64,000 bases of DNA, taken from the IMG/VR virus record IMGVR_UViG_3300025840_000032, positions 457 to 64,456 of that record. One strand, given 5' to 3'. Under the pieces are notes generated by a model that saw only the letters and a list, made by a program, of their open reading frames with translations, did not search any database and was not told the origin of the DNA. The position numbers were made by a program, and so were the translations under genes. This document shows positions 49,164 through 58,815 of the stretch, piece by piece (within the stretch, counting starts at the first letter, position 1; each line of letters starts with the position of its first letter). This DNA comes from a virus (taxonomy: Duplodnaviria > Caudoviricetes).

Positions 49164-50063
49164 ATGAACACCCTGATTTTAGATGCAAACAATTTGCTTT
49201 ACCGGACTTTTTGGGTAAACAAACAACATATTAATGATGATGATGCAACTTCGTTAATGTTTATACGTGCAGTTAAGTCCTACTGCGAAAAGTTTAATCC
49301 AGATCGGACTTATGCTGTTTGGGACAAAAAACTCACATACCCCTCGACAAATTTCCGGAAAAACATGTCAAGCGGTGCTTATAAAAGTAATCGAGACAAT
49401 ACAGTTGTGAAAGAAGCTCATAAAAATGATGATTCGTTAAAAGAACTATTAGAGCATCTTGGAATCAAAAGTTTATATCCGAATGTTATGGAAGCAGATG
49501 ATGTAATTGCATATTTGTGCCATAATCTCACCGGGAAAAAATATGTTGTTACTGTTGATAAAGATTTATATCAATTAATCAACGACGAAACATATATTTA
49601 CAATCCGATTCAAAAAATAACTGTAACACCGGATAATTTTACTACCTATACAAAGGGGGTTGAATTAACATGGTTTCTGGATTACAAAGCTCTTGTTGGG
49701 GACAACAGCGATAACATCAAAGGGTTGCATAAAGTTGGTCATAAACGAGCTATCACATTAATTGAGAAGTTCAAAAAAGCTGAAGCTGCTGAAGTTCTCA
49801 ACGAACATCAATATCAAATATACAAAGGTAATAAAGATATGATGGATTTATCGATGGGATATTCTTTTTATGAAGAAGAAGTACCAACATATCAAAAACA
49901 ACTTGAAGAAGGCATGCCAGAAAAAAATATGGATGCATTTTTTGAAAAATGTAAAGAGTTAAATCTTAATTCGATTGTCAATCAAAAGGATAAATGGCGT
50001 ACAACATTTAATTTTAATGAATCTCTTGTTGCTACTATAAACAAACTAAATACTAGCATATGA
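49164..50063 (+). CDS. rnh: 5'-3' exonuclease / T4-type RNase H
   Basis: LDANNL, YK.NR, EADDVI, DKDLYQL, GD.SDNI.G. Confidence 0.9.
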   Translation: MNTLILDANNLLYRTFWVNKQHINDDDATSLMFIRAVKSYCEKFNPDRTYAVWDKKLTYPSTNFRKNMSSGAYKSNRDNTVVKEAHKNDDSLKELLEHLGIKSLYPNVMEADDVIAYLCHNLTGKKYVVTVDKDLYQLINDETYIYNPIQKITVTPDNFTTYTKGVELTWFLDYKALVGDNSDNIKGLHKVGHKRAITLIEKFKKAEAAEVLNEHQYQIYKGNKDMMDLSMGYSFYEEEVPTYQKQLEEGMPEKNMDAFFEKCKELNLNSIVNQKDKWRTTFNFNESLVATINKLNTSI

Positions 50064-50257
50064 ATAACAACATTAATAATATGCAAATGGTGCGACCTAT
50101 ATCGATTGCAAGTCCAATCTCTGGGCAACAAGTCCATCCACGTATCCATAAATTTGAACGGAATGGCGAACTCGTAACAGAAGCACACTGGATTGATCCA
50201 GCTAGTGGAGCCTTTATAAGAAAAGGTATTGTTTCTATTGAAAAAATACAGAAATGA
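50060..50257 (+). CDS. small hypothetical protein
   Basis: 65-aa ORF, TAAATA 7 nt upstream. Confidence 0.6.
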   Translation: MNNNINNMQMVRPISIASPISGQQVHPRIHKFERNGELVTEAHWIDPASGAFIRKGIVSIEKIQK

Positions 50258-50275
50258 TCATATAATCCTTGGTAT

Positions 50276-51316
50276 ATGATTTTACCTGAAGCTTACATTG
50301 TACAAAAATTTTATCAATATGCAGGTAAACCGAAGTATAATACTTTAGCTAAAACGTACCAAGGATCTTGCCCTATTTGTAGAGAAGGTAAATCTTGGGG
50401 TAGAAAACAAAGATTATTTTATATTGTTACAGATAATTACCTTCATTGCCATAATTGTGGCGGGCATTGGTCACCACTTAATTGGATAAAAGAGGTTTCT
50501 GGGTTATCTGCCAAAGAAATCTACAACGAATCAGAAGAATATGATGTAATTCCATCAGATATATCAAATAAACCACAGATTCAAGACACCGTCCAACGAA
50601 TTCTTACCGGATCATTACCGGATGATTGTATTAATTTATTCAATTCAACGCAAACAAGTTATTATCAGTCAAATCCTGTTGTACAAACGTGTTTATCCTA
50701 TATCAAAAATAGAAAACTTGATGTAGCAATCAACAAACCAAAAGCTTTATATGTTACACTTAAAGACTTTACCCACAAAAACCGATTAATCATACCATTT
50801 TACGATAGTTCTGGTAAAATTATCTTTTATCAGAGTAGGGATTTAGGTATAACCCCAAATTCTTTACCGAAATACGTAGGAAAGGTTGGAGGACATCGGA
50901 GTGTGTTCAATATCAACCAAATAGATGAAAATATCAACCAAATATACATTTTAGAAGGGCCAATTGACGCATTTTTCATAAAAAACGGTATAGCATTAGC
51001 GGGAATCAATGATCACACAGCTGGAAACCTATTTACATCATTACAACAACAACAATTTCAAAAATTTCCCTTACATAAAAAGGTATTTGTATTAGATTCC
51101 CAGTGGTTAGATAAGACATCATACCGGACATCGAAGGTTTTATTGAATAATGGCTGTAATATATTTATTTGGCCAAAGAAATTCGGTAAAAAGTTCAAAG
51201 ATTTGAACGAAATGTGTGTAAGATTAAACATCAACAAAGTGCCGGAAACCTTTATAAATGAGAACACCTATAAAGGTTTACCGGGTATAATAAAACTAAC
51301 TCAAATCAGCCATTAA
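50276..51316 (+). CDS. gp61: DNA primase
   Basis: CPIC...CHNC Zn ribbon, RLIIPF, EGPIDA TOPRIM, KDLNE. Confidence 0.92.
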   Translation: MILPEAYIVQKFYQYAGKPKYNTLAKTYQGSCPICREGKSWGRKQRLFYIVTDNYLHCHNCGGHWSPLNWIKEVSGLSAKEIYNESEEYDVIPSDISNKPQIQDTVQRILTGSLPDDCINLFNSTQTSYYQSNPVVQTCLSYIKNRKLDVAINKPKALYVTLKDFTHKNRLIIPFYDSSGKIIFYQSRDLGITPNSLPKYVGKVGGHRSVFNINQIDENINQIYILEGPIDAFFIKNGIALAGINDHTAGNLFTSLQQQQFQKFPLHKKVFVLDSQWLDKTSYRTSKVLLNNGCNIFIWPKKFGKKFKDLNEMCVRLNINKVPETFINENTYKGLPGIIKLTQISH

Positions 51317-51708
51317 ATATTAGCTGAGTGTAAATAGCCCTTAAAATTTTGCACTAAAGCACTTAAATCCATTGCAACACGAGCAATTTTCTTCGTTTCA
51401 GCGCTAGCAATTTTATCAAATAATGTATCGCATGATGCATCATGTAATTGGGTTTGAATTGATCCAGACTCTCCATTAAGAAATGATACAAAATTATCCA
51501 TTTCATCAATCCATTTGGTAAGTTCTTTAGCTTGAGCTGCATCATTTGCTTTGGCTAACTGTTCTGGTGATTGTTGGGGGGCATCAACCTTAAGATCATC
51601 ACCAGAAAGACCGTCGCCCAATTGGGTTTCCATAGCTTCGGCATCGGTCAACCCTAGGGTTTCATCTTGTTCTAATAAGGTTTTAAAACGTTTCTTAAAA
51701 AAGCTCAT
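51313..51708 (-). CDS. hypothetical late protein
   Basis: N-terminus FKKRFKTLLEQDE (shares LLEQDE with LRR family); TAAATA 5 nt upstream. Confidence 0.7.
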   Translation of the reverse strand: MSFFKKRFKTLLEQDETLGLTDAEAMETQLGDGLSGDDLKVDAPQQSPEQLAKANDAAQAKELTKWIDEMDNFVSFLNGESGSIQTQLHDASCDTLFDKIASAETKKIARVAMDLSALVQNFKGYLHSANI

Positions 51709-51741
51709 AACTTTATTTAATCTTTTTGCATAAATATTAAC

Positions 51742-52146
51742 ATGCCCGGCACTAAAATACTAGAAGAAGATCAAATTGCTATATATAACAAATGGGTTAG
51801 AGGTATCGCAACGAGAGAACAAAAGCCATCCCACGTGACTGTTGGGGATTTAATGCAAGCTTCTGGTAGAAATGATAACGACAAAGCTCCGCTTGAGCTC
51901 CCTTACCCGTTAACTCATATAATAGAAGATATGGGCGCATTATTTCTAGCAGCGGATAACATTGAATCCAAAGCGAGAAAAGCTAAAGACAACCCATTGG
52001 TTACGGAGAGTGAAGATGCATCGGTTAATTTGGAAAAATTCATTGGTCGATGTGAAAAAATCAAAAATATATTACAAAACATGACAAAAAATTTAGATGT
52101 AATAGTTCAACGTAAGCCATTTCAGAGTGGTAACGCGGAAGTTTAA
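51742..52146 (+). CDS. hypothetical late protein
   Basis: CATAAATA 5 nt upstream. Confidence 0.65.
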   Translation: MPGTKILEEDQIAIYNKWVRGIATREQKPSHVTVGDLMQASGRNDNDKAPLELPYPLTHIIEDMGALFLAADNIESKARKAKDNPLVTESEDASVNLEKFIGRCEKIKNILQNMTKNLDVIVQRKPFQSGNAEV

Positions 52147-52182
52147 GTGGATTTTTAATGTTTTGTTGTTATTTTATTGTTA

Positions 52183-52611
52183 ATGCGTGAAATAATCGAA
52201 TCAATAGCAAAGTTACTATCAATCAGCACCGTAATTGCAATTTGTTGTTATTATTTAGGATACAAATTTATACCATGTTTTGTTTTAGCAACTGTTTTGC
52301 AATTTATTTCATGGTCGTTTTACCAGTATTGGATTGATAGCCGAACACAAATACAACTTGAAGAGTTAGTTAATGAACGTGTTAAAGAATTTCGATACCA
52401 ATCTTTAGATTGTACATGCCCTGACGAAAATTGTAATTTTGTTGCTTCTGTACCTATTATGTTAAACGGTCCAAACACTTACGAATGCCCAAAATGTAAA
52501 AAAGAGGTAAAAGTTTATATCGGAAACAAAACATTTTTAACCACAACACCAATCGATCCGGATCCATTTAAAGAGTTTAACTTTGTAGAAAATAAAGACT
52601 ATGACAACTAA
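52183..52611 (+). CDS. membrane protein with Zn ribbon
   Basis: Two N-terminal hydrophobic helices; CP...C and CPKC. Confidence 0.65.
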   Translation: MREIIESIAKLLSISTVIAICCYYLGYKFIPCFVLATVLQFISWSFYQYWIDSRTQIQLEELVNERVKEFRYQSLDCTCPDENCNFVASVPIMLNGPNTYECPKCKKEVKVYIGNKTFLTTTPIDPDPFKEFNFVENKDYDN

Positions 52612-52993
52612 TAATTCCATGGAAATTAACGAACAACCATCACAATCAATCCCACCTGAACCAGAAATTAAAGTTAAAGAACGGTATTATGGTACAGAAT
52701 ACTACGATTCATATCATAAAGGATTAACCGGTGCATTAATGACATTAGACGAATCTAATAAAGATAAGATTCTCGAAAATTTAATTATTGTTGTGTTAAA
52801 TGATGTTATCGAACAAAATTTAAATAGTAATTCGGTTAATACCGGTGTAATTAAAAACGTTGGGGACAGTATTGTGACGCTATTAAAAACCCTACGGTTA
52901 TATAATTTTAAATTTGACGTTAAACGGATTGCTTCTATAATAGAGGGGTATGGAAAACAAATCGAACAAAAAAACTACCTCTCAAATGACTGA
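52601..52993 (+). CDS. hypothetical protein
   Basis: 130-aa ORF in operon. Confidence 0.6.
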   Translation: MTTNNSMEINEQPSQSIPPEPEIKVKERYYGTEYYDSYHKGLTGALMTLDESNKDKILENLIIVVLNDVIEQNLNSNSVNTGVIKNVGDSIVTLLKTLRLYNFKFDVKRIASIIEGYGKQIEQKNYLSND

Positions 52994-53231
52994 TGAGGAA
53001 ATTGCAAGATGGTTGTGTTTATTTGATGCAGTTAATTATGTAGCAGGTAAAGCAGAAAATCTAGGATTAAATATTGCAAAAGATGCATCATGGATTAAAC
53101 CTATTGCATTTAAAAATTATATACAAGAAATGTATCAAAGTATATTAATAAATTACAAAATGGGAGATGTTGAGTGTGAACCAATGTCAGTCAAACAATA
53201 CATTTATCAAGATCATGCATTACATTCTTAA
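52986..53231 (+). CDS. hypothetical protein
   Basis: ORF overlapping upstream stop; start could be 52950. Confidence 0.55.
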   Translation: MTDEEIARWLCLFDAVNYVAGKAENLGLNIAKDASWIKPIAFKNYIQEMYQSILINYKMGDVECEPMSVKQYIYQDHALHS

Positions 53232-53532
53232 TACTTCATTTATCGTTCAAGAAAATCCAAAATCAACTGTTAAAATTGGAGGTCCAACTAGGTTTAATAT
53301 AAACACCGACGCTCCGAAATTAACTCAATCAAAATTTGTTCCAGGGCAAATGTATACACTTACATACATTAAAAAAGTACCTGATGGTGTTGAATATACA
53401 TTCAAATCATCATCAGGAGAAGTAATTGTAGAAAAATTTGCTAGTTGTAATGATGCAGATAATTTTATCGCCGCAACAAAAGGAGAAAAATTACCTAATT
53501 ACAATCAAATATATAGCAAACTTCGCGCTTAA
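53215..53532 (+). CDS. hypothetical protein
   Basis: ORF in operon; ATG 53215 preferred. Confidence 0.55.
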   Translation: MHYILNTSFIVQENPKSTVKIGGPTRFNINTDAPKLTQSKFVPGQMYTLTYIKKVPDGVEYTFKSSSGEVIVEKFASCNDADNFIAATKGEKLPNYNQIYSKLRA

Positions 53533-54353
53533 GGTCCAAATAATCCTGTTTCGGGGGTTTCGGTGTTACCATAACCTCCGTAGACATTATCATAATCAAA
53601 TCCTGAGTAGTCAAAAATAACTTTAGATAATTCTTCAACATTCCCATCATAACTCTTTGGAGCAGATCGATCGCTAGTGCCGCCATCTAAATATCCAGAA
53701 AATTTATCATCATAAACTTGATCACTTCCACCTTCAGCACTTAATCCAGGCTCAAAACTATAATCATATCGTTTTGCTTTTATTTGCCATACATAATGAC
53801 CCATCAATGGATTAATACGAGCAACATCTTCATCTAATCGCTCAGTCACTTCAAATTTCTTCCCGGTTCTTGGATATGGTCTATCGGATCCAAACTCAGA
53901 TAACTCAATGATATCTCCCGCTTTTGGTTCTTCCAACCAACCAAACGTATTATAAAATGCACTTATATGAATAAACGCTGTAAATTCATCTCCAGAATCA
54001 AAACCATATTTTTGTAATATAACTGCATTTTCTTGCAATTCAGCGGCAATAATAATCTGTTGTGGATTAACAAAAACTTTTGTAGGTTCTTCACCGTAAA
54101 TGTTACCAGGCCCACCACCAGCTATACCATCAGCTGATAATGTATTATATGGGTTTTGCCAATATGTAACACGTTGACCATAAAGACAAATTAATTCAAA
54201 CCAATAATTGGAGATTAATATCCGTTCACAATTATTATTACTTTTATCGGTAAATCTAAAACATGGGTTGCAGTTTTTAGGTGCTGGATAAATTGACCCA
54301 TCAGAATTCCCCGGTAAAATCGTATTTGTTCCTGTATACCATGCTAATGACAT
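53529..54353 (-). CDS. gp14: neck protein (gp14-like)
   Basis: ELI.LYG..V.Y, IYGE.P...F, L.KYG....DE, EPK.GD.I, FEVT, Y.YS.E. Confidence 0.75.
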   Translation of the reverse strand: MSLAWYTGTNTILPGNSDGSIYPAPKNCNPCFRFTDKSNNNCERILISNYWFELICLYGQRVTYWQNPYNTLSADGIAGGGPGNIYGEEPTKVFVNPQQIIIAAELQENAVILQKYGFDSGDEFTAFIHISAFYNTFGWLEEPKAGDIIELSEFGSDRPYPRTGKKFEVTERLDEDVARINPLMGHYVWQIKAKRYDYSFEPGLSAEGGSDQVYDDKFSGYLDGGTSDRSAPKSYDGNVEELSKVIFDYSGFDYDNVYGGYGNTETPETGLFGP

Positions 54354-55387
54354 TAGTTTAGATAATCTCCTTTATTCTTTTTTGTTCTCATTAAATAAAA
54401 CCTTCCAGATGGTTTCATTCCAAGAGCGACTCCGGATTTTTTTAATCCTTTCGGCCGGTTTAAATTTTGTACTCCAAAATGTTTTGCTAACTTATACGCA
54501 TCTTGAGGATTTATAAATAAAAATTTCGGTCCCCCAGGTCTTTGCATTACTTTAAAACAGTTTGGTAAATGTAAATCTGTCTCTAAATATTTTGGAACTG
54601 TTCTTGCATGTTTTCTTGTTCCTGGATCACGAACAACGGCATGTTGTTGTCTATGATTTGTTTTAGTTGTATTAAAAAGAGATTCGGATAAGTGTAGATC
54701 ATATGATTTGTTCACCAAATTTAACAATTTTTCTAAATAATCTGTATTTCTCAAAAATTTGAAGACCATATTACCTACAGAAAATTCACCAATATCATCT
54801 AACCCCTCATCACGTTGTTTTTTAATTTTCTTAAACAATTTCTTACCATATTCATGTAATTGAAGTAATTTAGATTTATGATCCGCAAATCTATCCACAA
54901 GTTCATATAAACAGTCAATATCATCTTTAAATGCACTTACCTTAGCTTTAATATCTTCATCGTTTAACGAAGGTGGGTTATATTCAGGTTTGACCACCCA
55001 CTTATTATTGGATACCGAGTATAAACCAGAGGATACATGAGGCTCATTAACGTCCTGGACATATATTTCAACATCATGCCCTTTTAATGTAATATCATGT
55101 TTTGTATTCCAAACAAATCTTAATCCGTTAAAGGCTTGTTTAACTAAATCTAAATTTTCATTTACTTCTTGAAAATCTAATAAAATATGTAAGTCAATAT
55201 CGCTATAGTTAGTGTAATTATAATTCGCAATACTACCTGTTAATTGAATATCATCAATTTTTGGTATCTTAAAATCGATAGTAGCTAAAAAATCGTCAGC
55301 AATCGTTAATAATTTCTTACGAATTTCTGGTTTGAGCTTGTTTTTATCGAAAAATTTAGGATTTAAATTTTCGTTATATATTCTCAC
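54353..55387 (-). CDS. Pol beta-superfamily nucleotidyltransferase
   Basis: LTGS.ANYNY..YSDIDLH (GS...DxD), VEIYV, GEFS..N.VFK.LR. Confidence 0.8.
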   Translation of the reverse strand: MRIYNENLNPKFFDKNKLKPEIRKKLLTIADDFLATIDFKIPKIDDIQLTGSIANYNYTNYSDIDLHILLDFQEVNENLDLVKQAFNGLRFVWNTKHDITLKGHDVEIYVQDVNEPHVSSGLYSVSNNKWVVKPEYNPPSLNDEDIKAKVSAFKDDIDCLYELVDRFADHKSKLLQLHEYGKKLFKKIKKQRDEGLDDIGEFSVGNMVFKFLRNTDYLEKLLNLVNKSYDLHLSESLFNTTKTNHRQQHAVVRDPGTRKHARTVPKYLETDLHLPNCFKVMQRPGGPKFLFINPQDAYKLAKHFGVQNLNRPKGLKKSGVALGMKPSGRFYLMRTKKNKGDYLN

Positions 55388-55401
55388 AATTATATTTATG
55401 C

Positions 55402-55429
55402 AAAAAAAATGCCTGCGTAAACAGGCATT
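55402..55429 (-). terminator. intrinsic terminator
   Basis: AATGCCTG/CAGGCATT stem with U-tract on minus strand. Confidence 0.8.
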
Positions 55430-55458
55430 GTTGATTTAATTTGATTTAAGATAACTGG

Positions 55459-56463
55459 TTAGCTATTCTTCTGGATGAACTCTTGGTTACCTCCTTTGAC
55501 CTTGCTATTTACAACATTAGCGCGGCCTTTTGGAGATGTTGGTTGACCTTTTCGTTGTCCTGTAATTGGAGTACCGAGATCACCGTCATTACCAACTTTG
55601 TCAGTAACTTTACCATCACCACCTTTACTTCCAACACTAGAGGTATGAGCTGTCTTTACAACGTTGTCTTTACCAGATGGTTTTGCTGGGTTACCTTTCT
55701 TCTGGTTATGTAAAGGATGTCCAAGATCTTCAGCTTCAATTTCTTCTCCGAAATAATTGAACTCTTCATCTTCGTCTTCAGCATCCTTATCGGCGTCGTC
55801 TTCTTCCATTTCTTCGAAATCCCCACCACCGTCGTCTTCACCGAAATCATCTCCTTCAACATCAAGGTCTTCTTCACCACCGAGGTCTTCCTCGCTGTCA
55901 AGAACTCCCATTAACGCATCGTGAAGTTTTTGTGCTAAATCTCTATCAATAGATATCGTAACTTGATCTTCAGATTCACCCATGTCGTCAGCTATGTCAT
56001 CATCGCCTTCACCGACACCAAGCTCTACTGCGTCAAACTGTTCGTCATCCATTACTTCCTCATATAAACGATCAAAAATAGACTTATTCTTTGCCATACT
56101 AGTATTTATATTCTCTCTTGCAATTTTCTTGTTTTCAGCTTTGAAATATGTATCTGCACCAGCAGATGATGATTGTTTTACAGAATATGCATTATCATCT
56201 TTAATTTCTTCGTTTTCGGGATCCAATTTTGCACTTGCAAAATTATCTGCTCCTTTTGGTCCAGAATTATCATGAACAAACCCTTTAGTCGTCTTATCAT
56301 TACCAATTGGAATGTCTTTGATATTCTTGCATGCAGCTGCCCATGTTTTATCTTTTGGCTTACCGGGCTTGATTTGCTGTTTAGCTGCTTTTAATCCTGG
56401 TGGGTTACCTAATACAGCTTCATATGCTTCTTCAATTTGAATTAAATCTTTTTTTCTGTTCAT
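55459..56463 (-). CDS. acidic low-complexity late protein (possible prohead core/internal protein)
   Basis: D/E-rich middle, repeated DLG.P......G.P..P.G..NVV motif, lies next to head genes. Confidence 0.65.
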   Translation of the reverse strand: MNRKKDLIQIEEAYEAVLGNPPGLKAAKQQIKPGKPKDKTWAAACKNIKDIPIGNDKTTKGFVHDNSGPKGADNFASAKLDPENEEIKDDNAYSVKQSSSAGADTYFKAENKKIARENINTSMAKNKSIFDRLYEEVMDDEQFDAVELGVGEGDDDIADDMGESEDQVTISIDRDLAQKLHDALMGVLDSEEDLGGEEDLDVEGDDFGEDDGGGDFEEMEEDDADKDAEDEDEEFNYFGEEIEAEDLGHPLHNQKKGNPAKPSGKDNVVKTAHTSSVGSKGGDGKVTDKVGNDGDLGTPITGQRKGQPTSPKGRANVVNSKVKGGNQEFIQKNS

Positions 56464-57032
56464 GATTTTCGAATATTTAAGTAACTTTCAGCTAATATTG
56501 ACCAATCCCTATCAGCTTTTGAATGATAAGATTCTTTTTTAGGCTCTTGCTCATCTTGATCAAACCGATTGGCTGTTATACCTGAGGTCTCGTCGTCCAT
56601 CGCTTCGTCTCCCCAGCCTTCCGGCTGTTGATTTGGTCCTAAATCTTCATTATCCTCATAATTTTCAATAGGATCCATATTAAGTTCGCTATCTTGTAAT
56701 TCTTGACCAAAACTACTAGATTCTTCACCTTCATCTAAATCCGCTAATGCAGATTCATAAGGTTGGCCATCAATACTACCATCTGCATCAATTCTCAATG
56801 TAACTTCAGCCTCTTCTCGACTACCCGGGCTGTTTTTACTCATATGAATAACATTTTCAACCGGGTCAGCTACTGTTCGAATTTTATTAACGTGGTATCC
56901 TATACCTTCTAGCTTGTTAACCACCATTTTTTGAACATCCGTGAAAGTTTTAACATCATTTTCTTCATCTGCATCTAAAAAGGCAGATTCATAAAGTAAA
57001 CCAATGTTCTCTAAATCTTTTTTACGATTCAT
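56460..57032 (-). CDS. acidic late protein
   Basis: CATAAATA 5 nt upstream of ATG 57032; N-terminus MNRKKDL shared with downstream gene. Confidence 0.65.
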   Translation of the reverse strand: MNRKKDLENIGLLYESAFLDADEENDVKTFTDVQKMVVNKLEGIGYHVNKIRTVADPVENVIHMSKNSPGSREEAEVTLRIDADGSIDGQPYESALADLDEGEESSSFGQELQDSELNMDPIENYEDNEDLGPNQQPEGWGDEAMDDETSGITANRFDQDEQEPKKESYHSKADRDWSILAESYLNIRKS

Positions 57033-57070
57033 ATACATATTTATGCATTTCCCGTTAAATACTTAATATT

Positions 57071-58807
57071 ATGAAAAATACCAGAGAATTTTATCTAGGT
57101 AATCCAAATCTCCCAACCAATAAAGCATTATTTGATTGGACACCTAAAATGGTTGCCGAACTTAAAAAATGTAAAAAGGATTTACTATACTTTGCGGAAA
57201 ATTTCTTTCACATTATTAATCTAGATCATGGTCGTCAAAAAATCAAATTACATAAATGCCAAAAGCGTGTGTTAAAAAAGATGACTAAAGATAGGTTCTT
57301 TATCCTTCTCGCTTCTAGACAGGTGGGAAAAACTACACTGATGACTATTTATACGTTGTGGCATGCTTGTTTTAATGACGATCAACGTATATTGGTTGTT
57401 GCTAATAAAGAAGATACAGCGAAAGAAATCTTTTCACGTATCCGAATGGCATATGAAGAGCTTCCAAATTATTTAAAGCCGGGTGTTGTTGAATATGGTA
57501 AAGAATCAATGAAATTGACGAATGGTAGTGTTATTGGTATCAGTACCACCACCGGAACAGCTGCACGTGGTCAATCGATTAACTTGATGTTATTGGATGA
57601 GTTAGCTTTCATTGAACCTCATATCGTAGATGCGTTCTGGAAATCTGTTTTCCCCGTAATTTCATCATCTAAAAAATCTAAAATCTTTATTGCTTCTACT
57701 GCAAATGGGACAGATAACTTGTTTTATAGAACATGGGCTGGAGCTATTGAACACCGGAATGGTTGGGGATATGATAAGATTATGTGGGATGAAATTCCTG
57801 GTCGAGATGCAATGTGGAAATATGATACCATTCGGGCAATTGGTAGTGAAGACGCTTTTAATCAAGAATTCGGGTGTCAATTTATAACTAGTTCAGATGC
57901 AGCTATTAATGACGATTTATTTGAATCATTAAAAATAAATTGTTATAGGCCAAAAGTGGTTTTAGATGATGAAGCATATAAAATCTGGAAACAACCGGAT
58001 GATGGTGGGATTTACGTTGCTGGGGTTGATGTAGCTGAGGGTATTAATCAGAACGCATCTTGTATCCAAATATTAGACTTACGGGATTTATCAAATATTG
58101 AACAGGTTGCAACATATTGGAGTAAAACTATTGAACCTTATAATTTCACAACAAAACTTCATGAAATATTATTACATTGGGGTTCGCCTCCTGTATTAAT
58201 TGAAAGAAATAATTGCGGTGGGCAAGTTGTTGATCAATTATATAAGACATTAAGGTATTTTAACGTGGTAAATTATGATATTGGTAATAAACGTAATAAT
58301 CGGTTAGGTGTTGTAGTTCACACCAATTCAAAATATAGGTGTGTTTCAAATATGCGTTACTATATCAACGAGTTACGTGCTGTAAATATTAGAGATTTAG
58401 ATACATTAAGCGAAATTAAAACATTTGTTAAACTACCAAACAGTAAATGGGCAGCAACTCCAGGTAATTTAGACGATCGAGTTATGTCATTAGGTTGGGC
58501 GTTGTTAATATTAGATAATGATTTAACGAAGAAATTTTTTGAAGTTGTTGAATATGACGACAACAACAGACCTTTAAAACTCCGGAAGTATGATTTTGAT
58601 TATGGTACAAAAATCGGGACAAATTTATATGGTTGGGGTGATGATAATGCTGAAACTCATGTTGATACCATAGTTTTCAATGAAAAACATAACGACCCGT
58701 ATAGTAATTCTGAACTCGATTGGATGACACAAAACGGTTGGACTAAAGCAACTGAATTCACCACCCAGAGATCTTACACTCCTGCAGCTAATTCTTGGTT
58801 AGTCTAA
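57071..58807 (+). CDS. gp17: terminase large subunit
   Basis: YLGNPNL, SRQVGKTT, LDELAF, STANG, F.QEF.C.F, GVDVAEG, DD.VM. Confidence 0.95.
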   Translation: MKNTREFYLGNPNLPTNKALFDWTPKMVAELKKCKKDLLYFAENFFHIINLDHGRQKIKLHKCQKRVLKKMTKDRFFILLASRQVGKTTLMTIYTLWHACFNDDQRILVVANKEDTAKEIFSRIRMAYEELPNYLKPGVVEYGKESMKLTNGSVIGISTTTGTAARGQSINLMLLDELAFIEPHIVDAFWKSVFPVISSSKKSKIFIASTANGTDNLFYRTWAGAIEHRNGWGYDKIMWDEIPGRDAMWKYDTIRAIGSEDAFNQEFGCQFITSSDAAINDDLFESLKINCYRPKVVLDDEAYKIWKQPDDGGIYVAGVDVAEGINQNASCIQILDLRDLSNIEQVATYWSKTIEPYNFTTKLHEILLHWGSPPVLIERNNCGGQVVDQLYKTLRYFNVVNYDIGNKRNNRLGVVVHTNSKYRCVSNMRYYINELRAVNIRDLDTLSEIKTFVKLPNSKWAATPGNLDDRVMSLGWALLILDNDLTKKFFEVVEYDDNNRPLKLRKYDFDYGTKIGTNLYGWGDDNAETHVDTIVFNEKHNDPYSNSELDWMTQNGWTKATEFTTQRSYTPAANSWLV

Positions 58808-58815
58808 ATAATCAT

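Noticed and set aside
49090-49167. 25-codon ORF MAVHIIYDMK... overlapping the rnh start
   Set aside because: ATGA coupling is suggestive, but the ORF is too short to support without expression data
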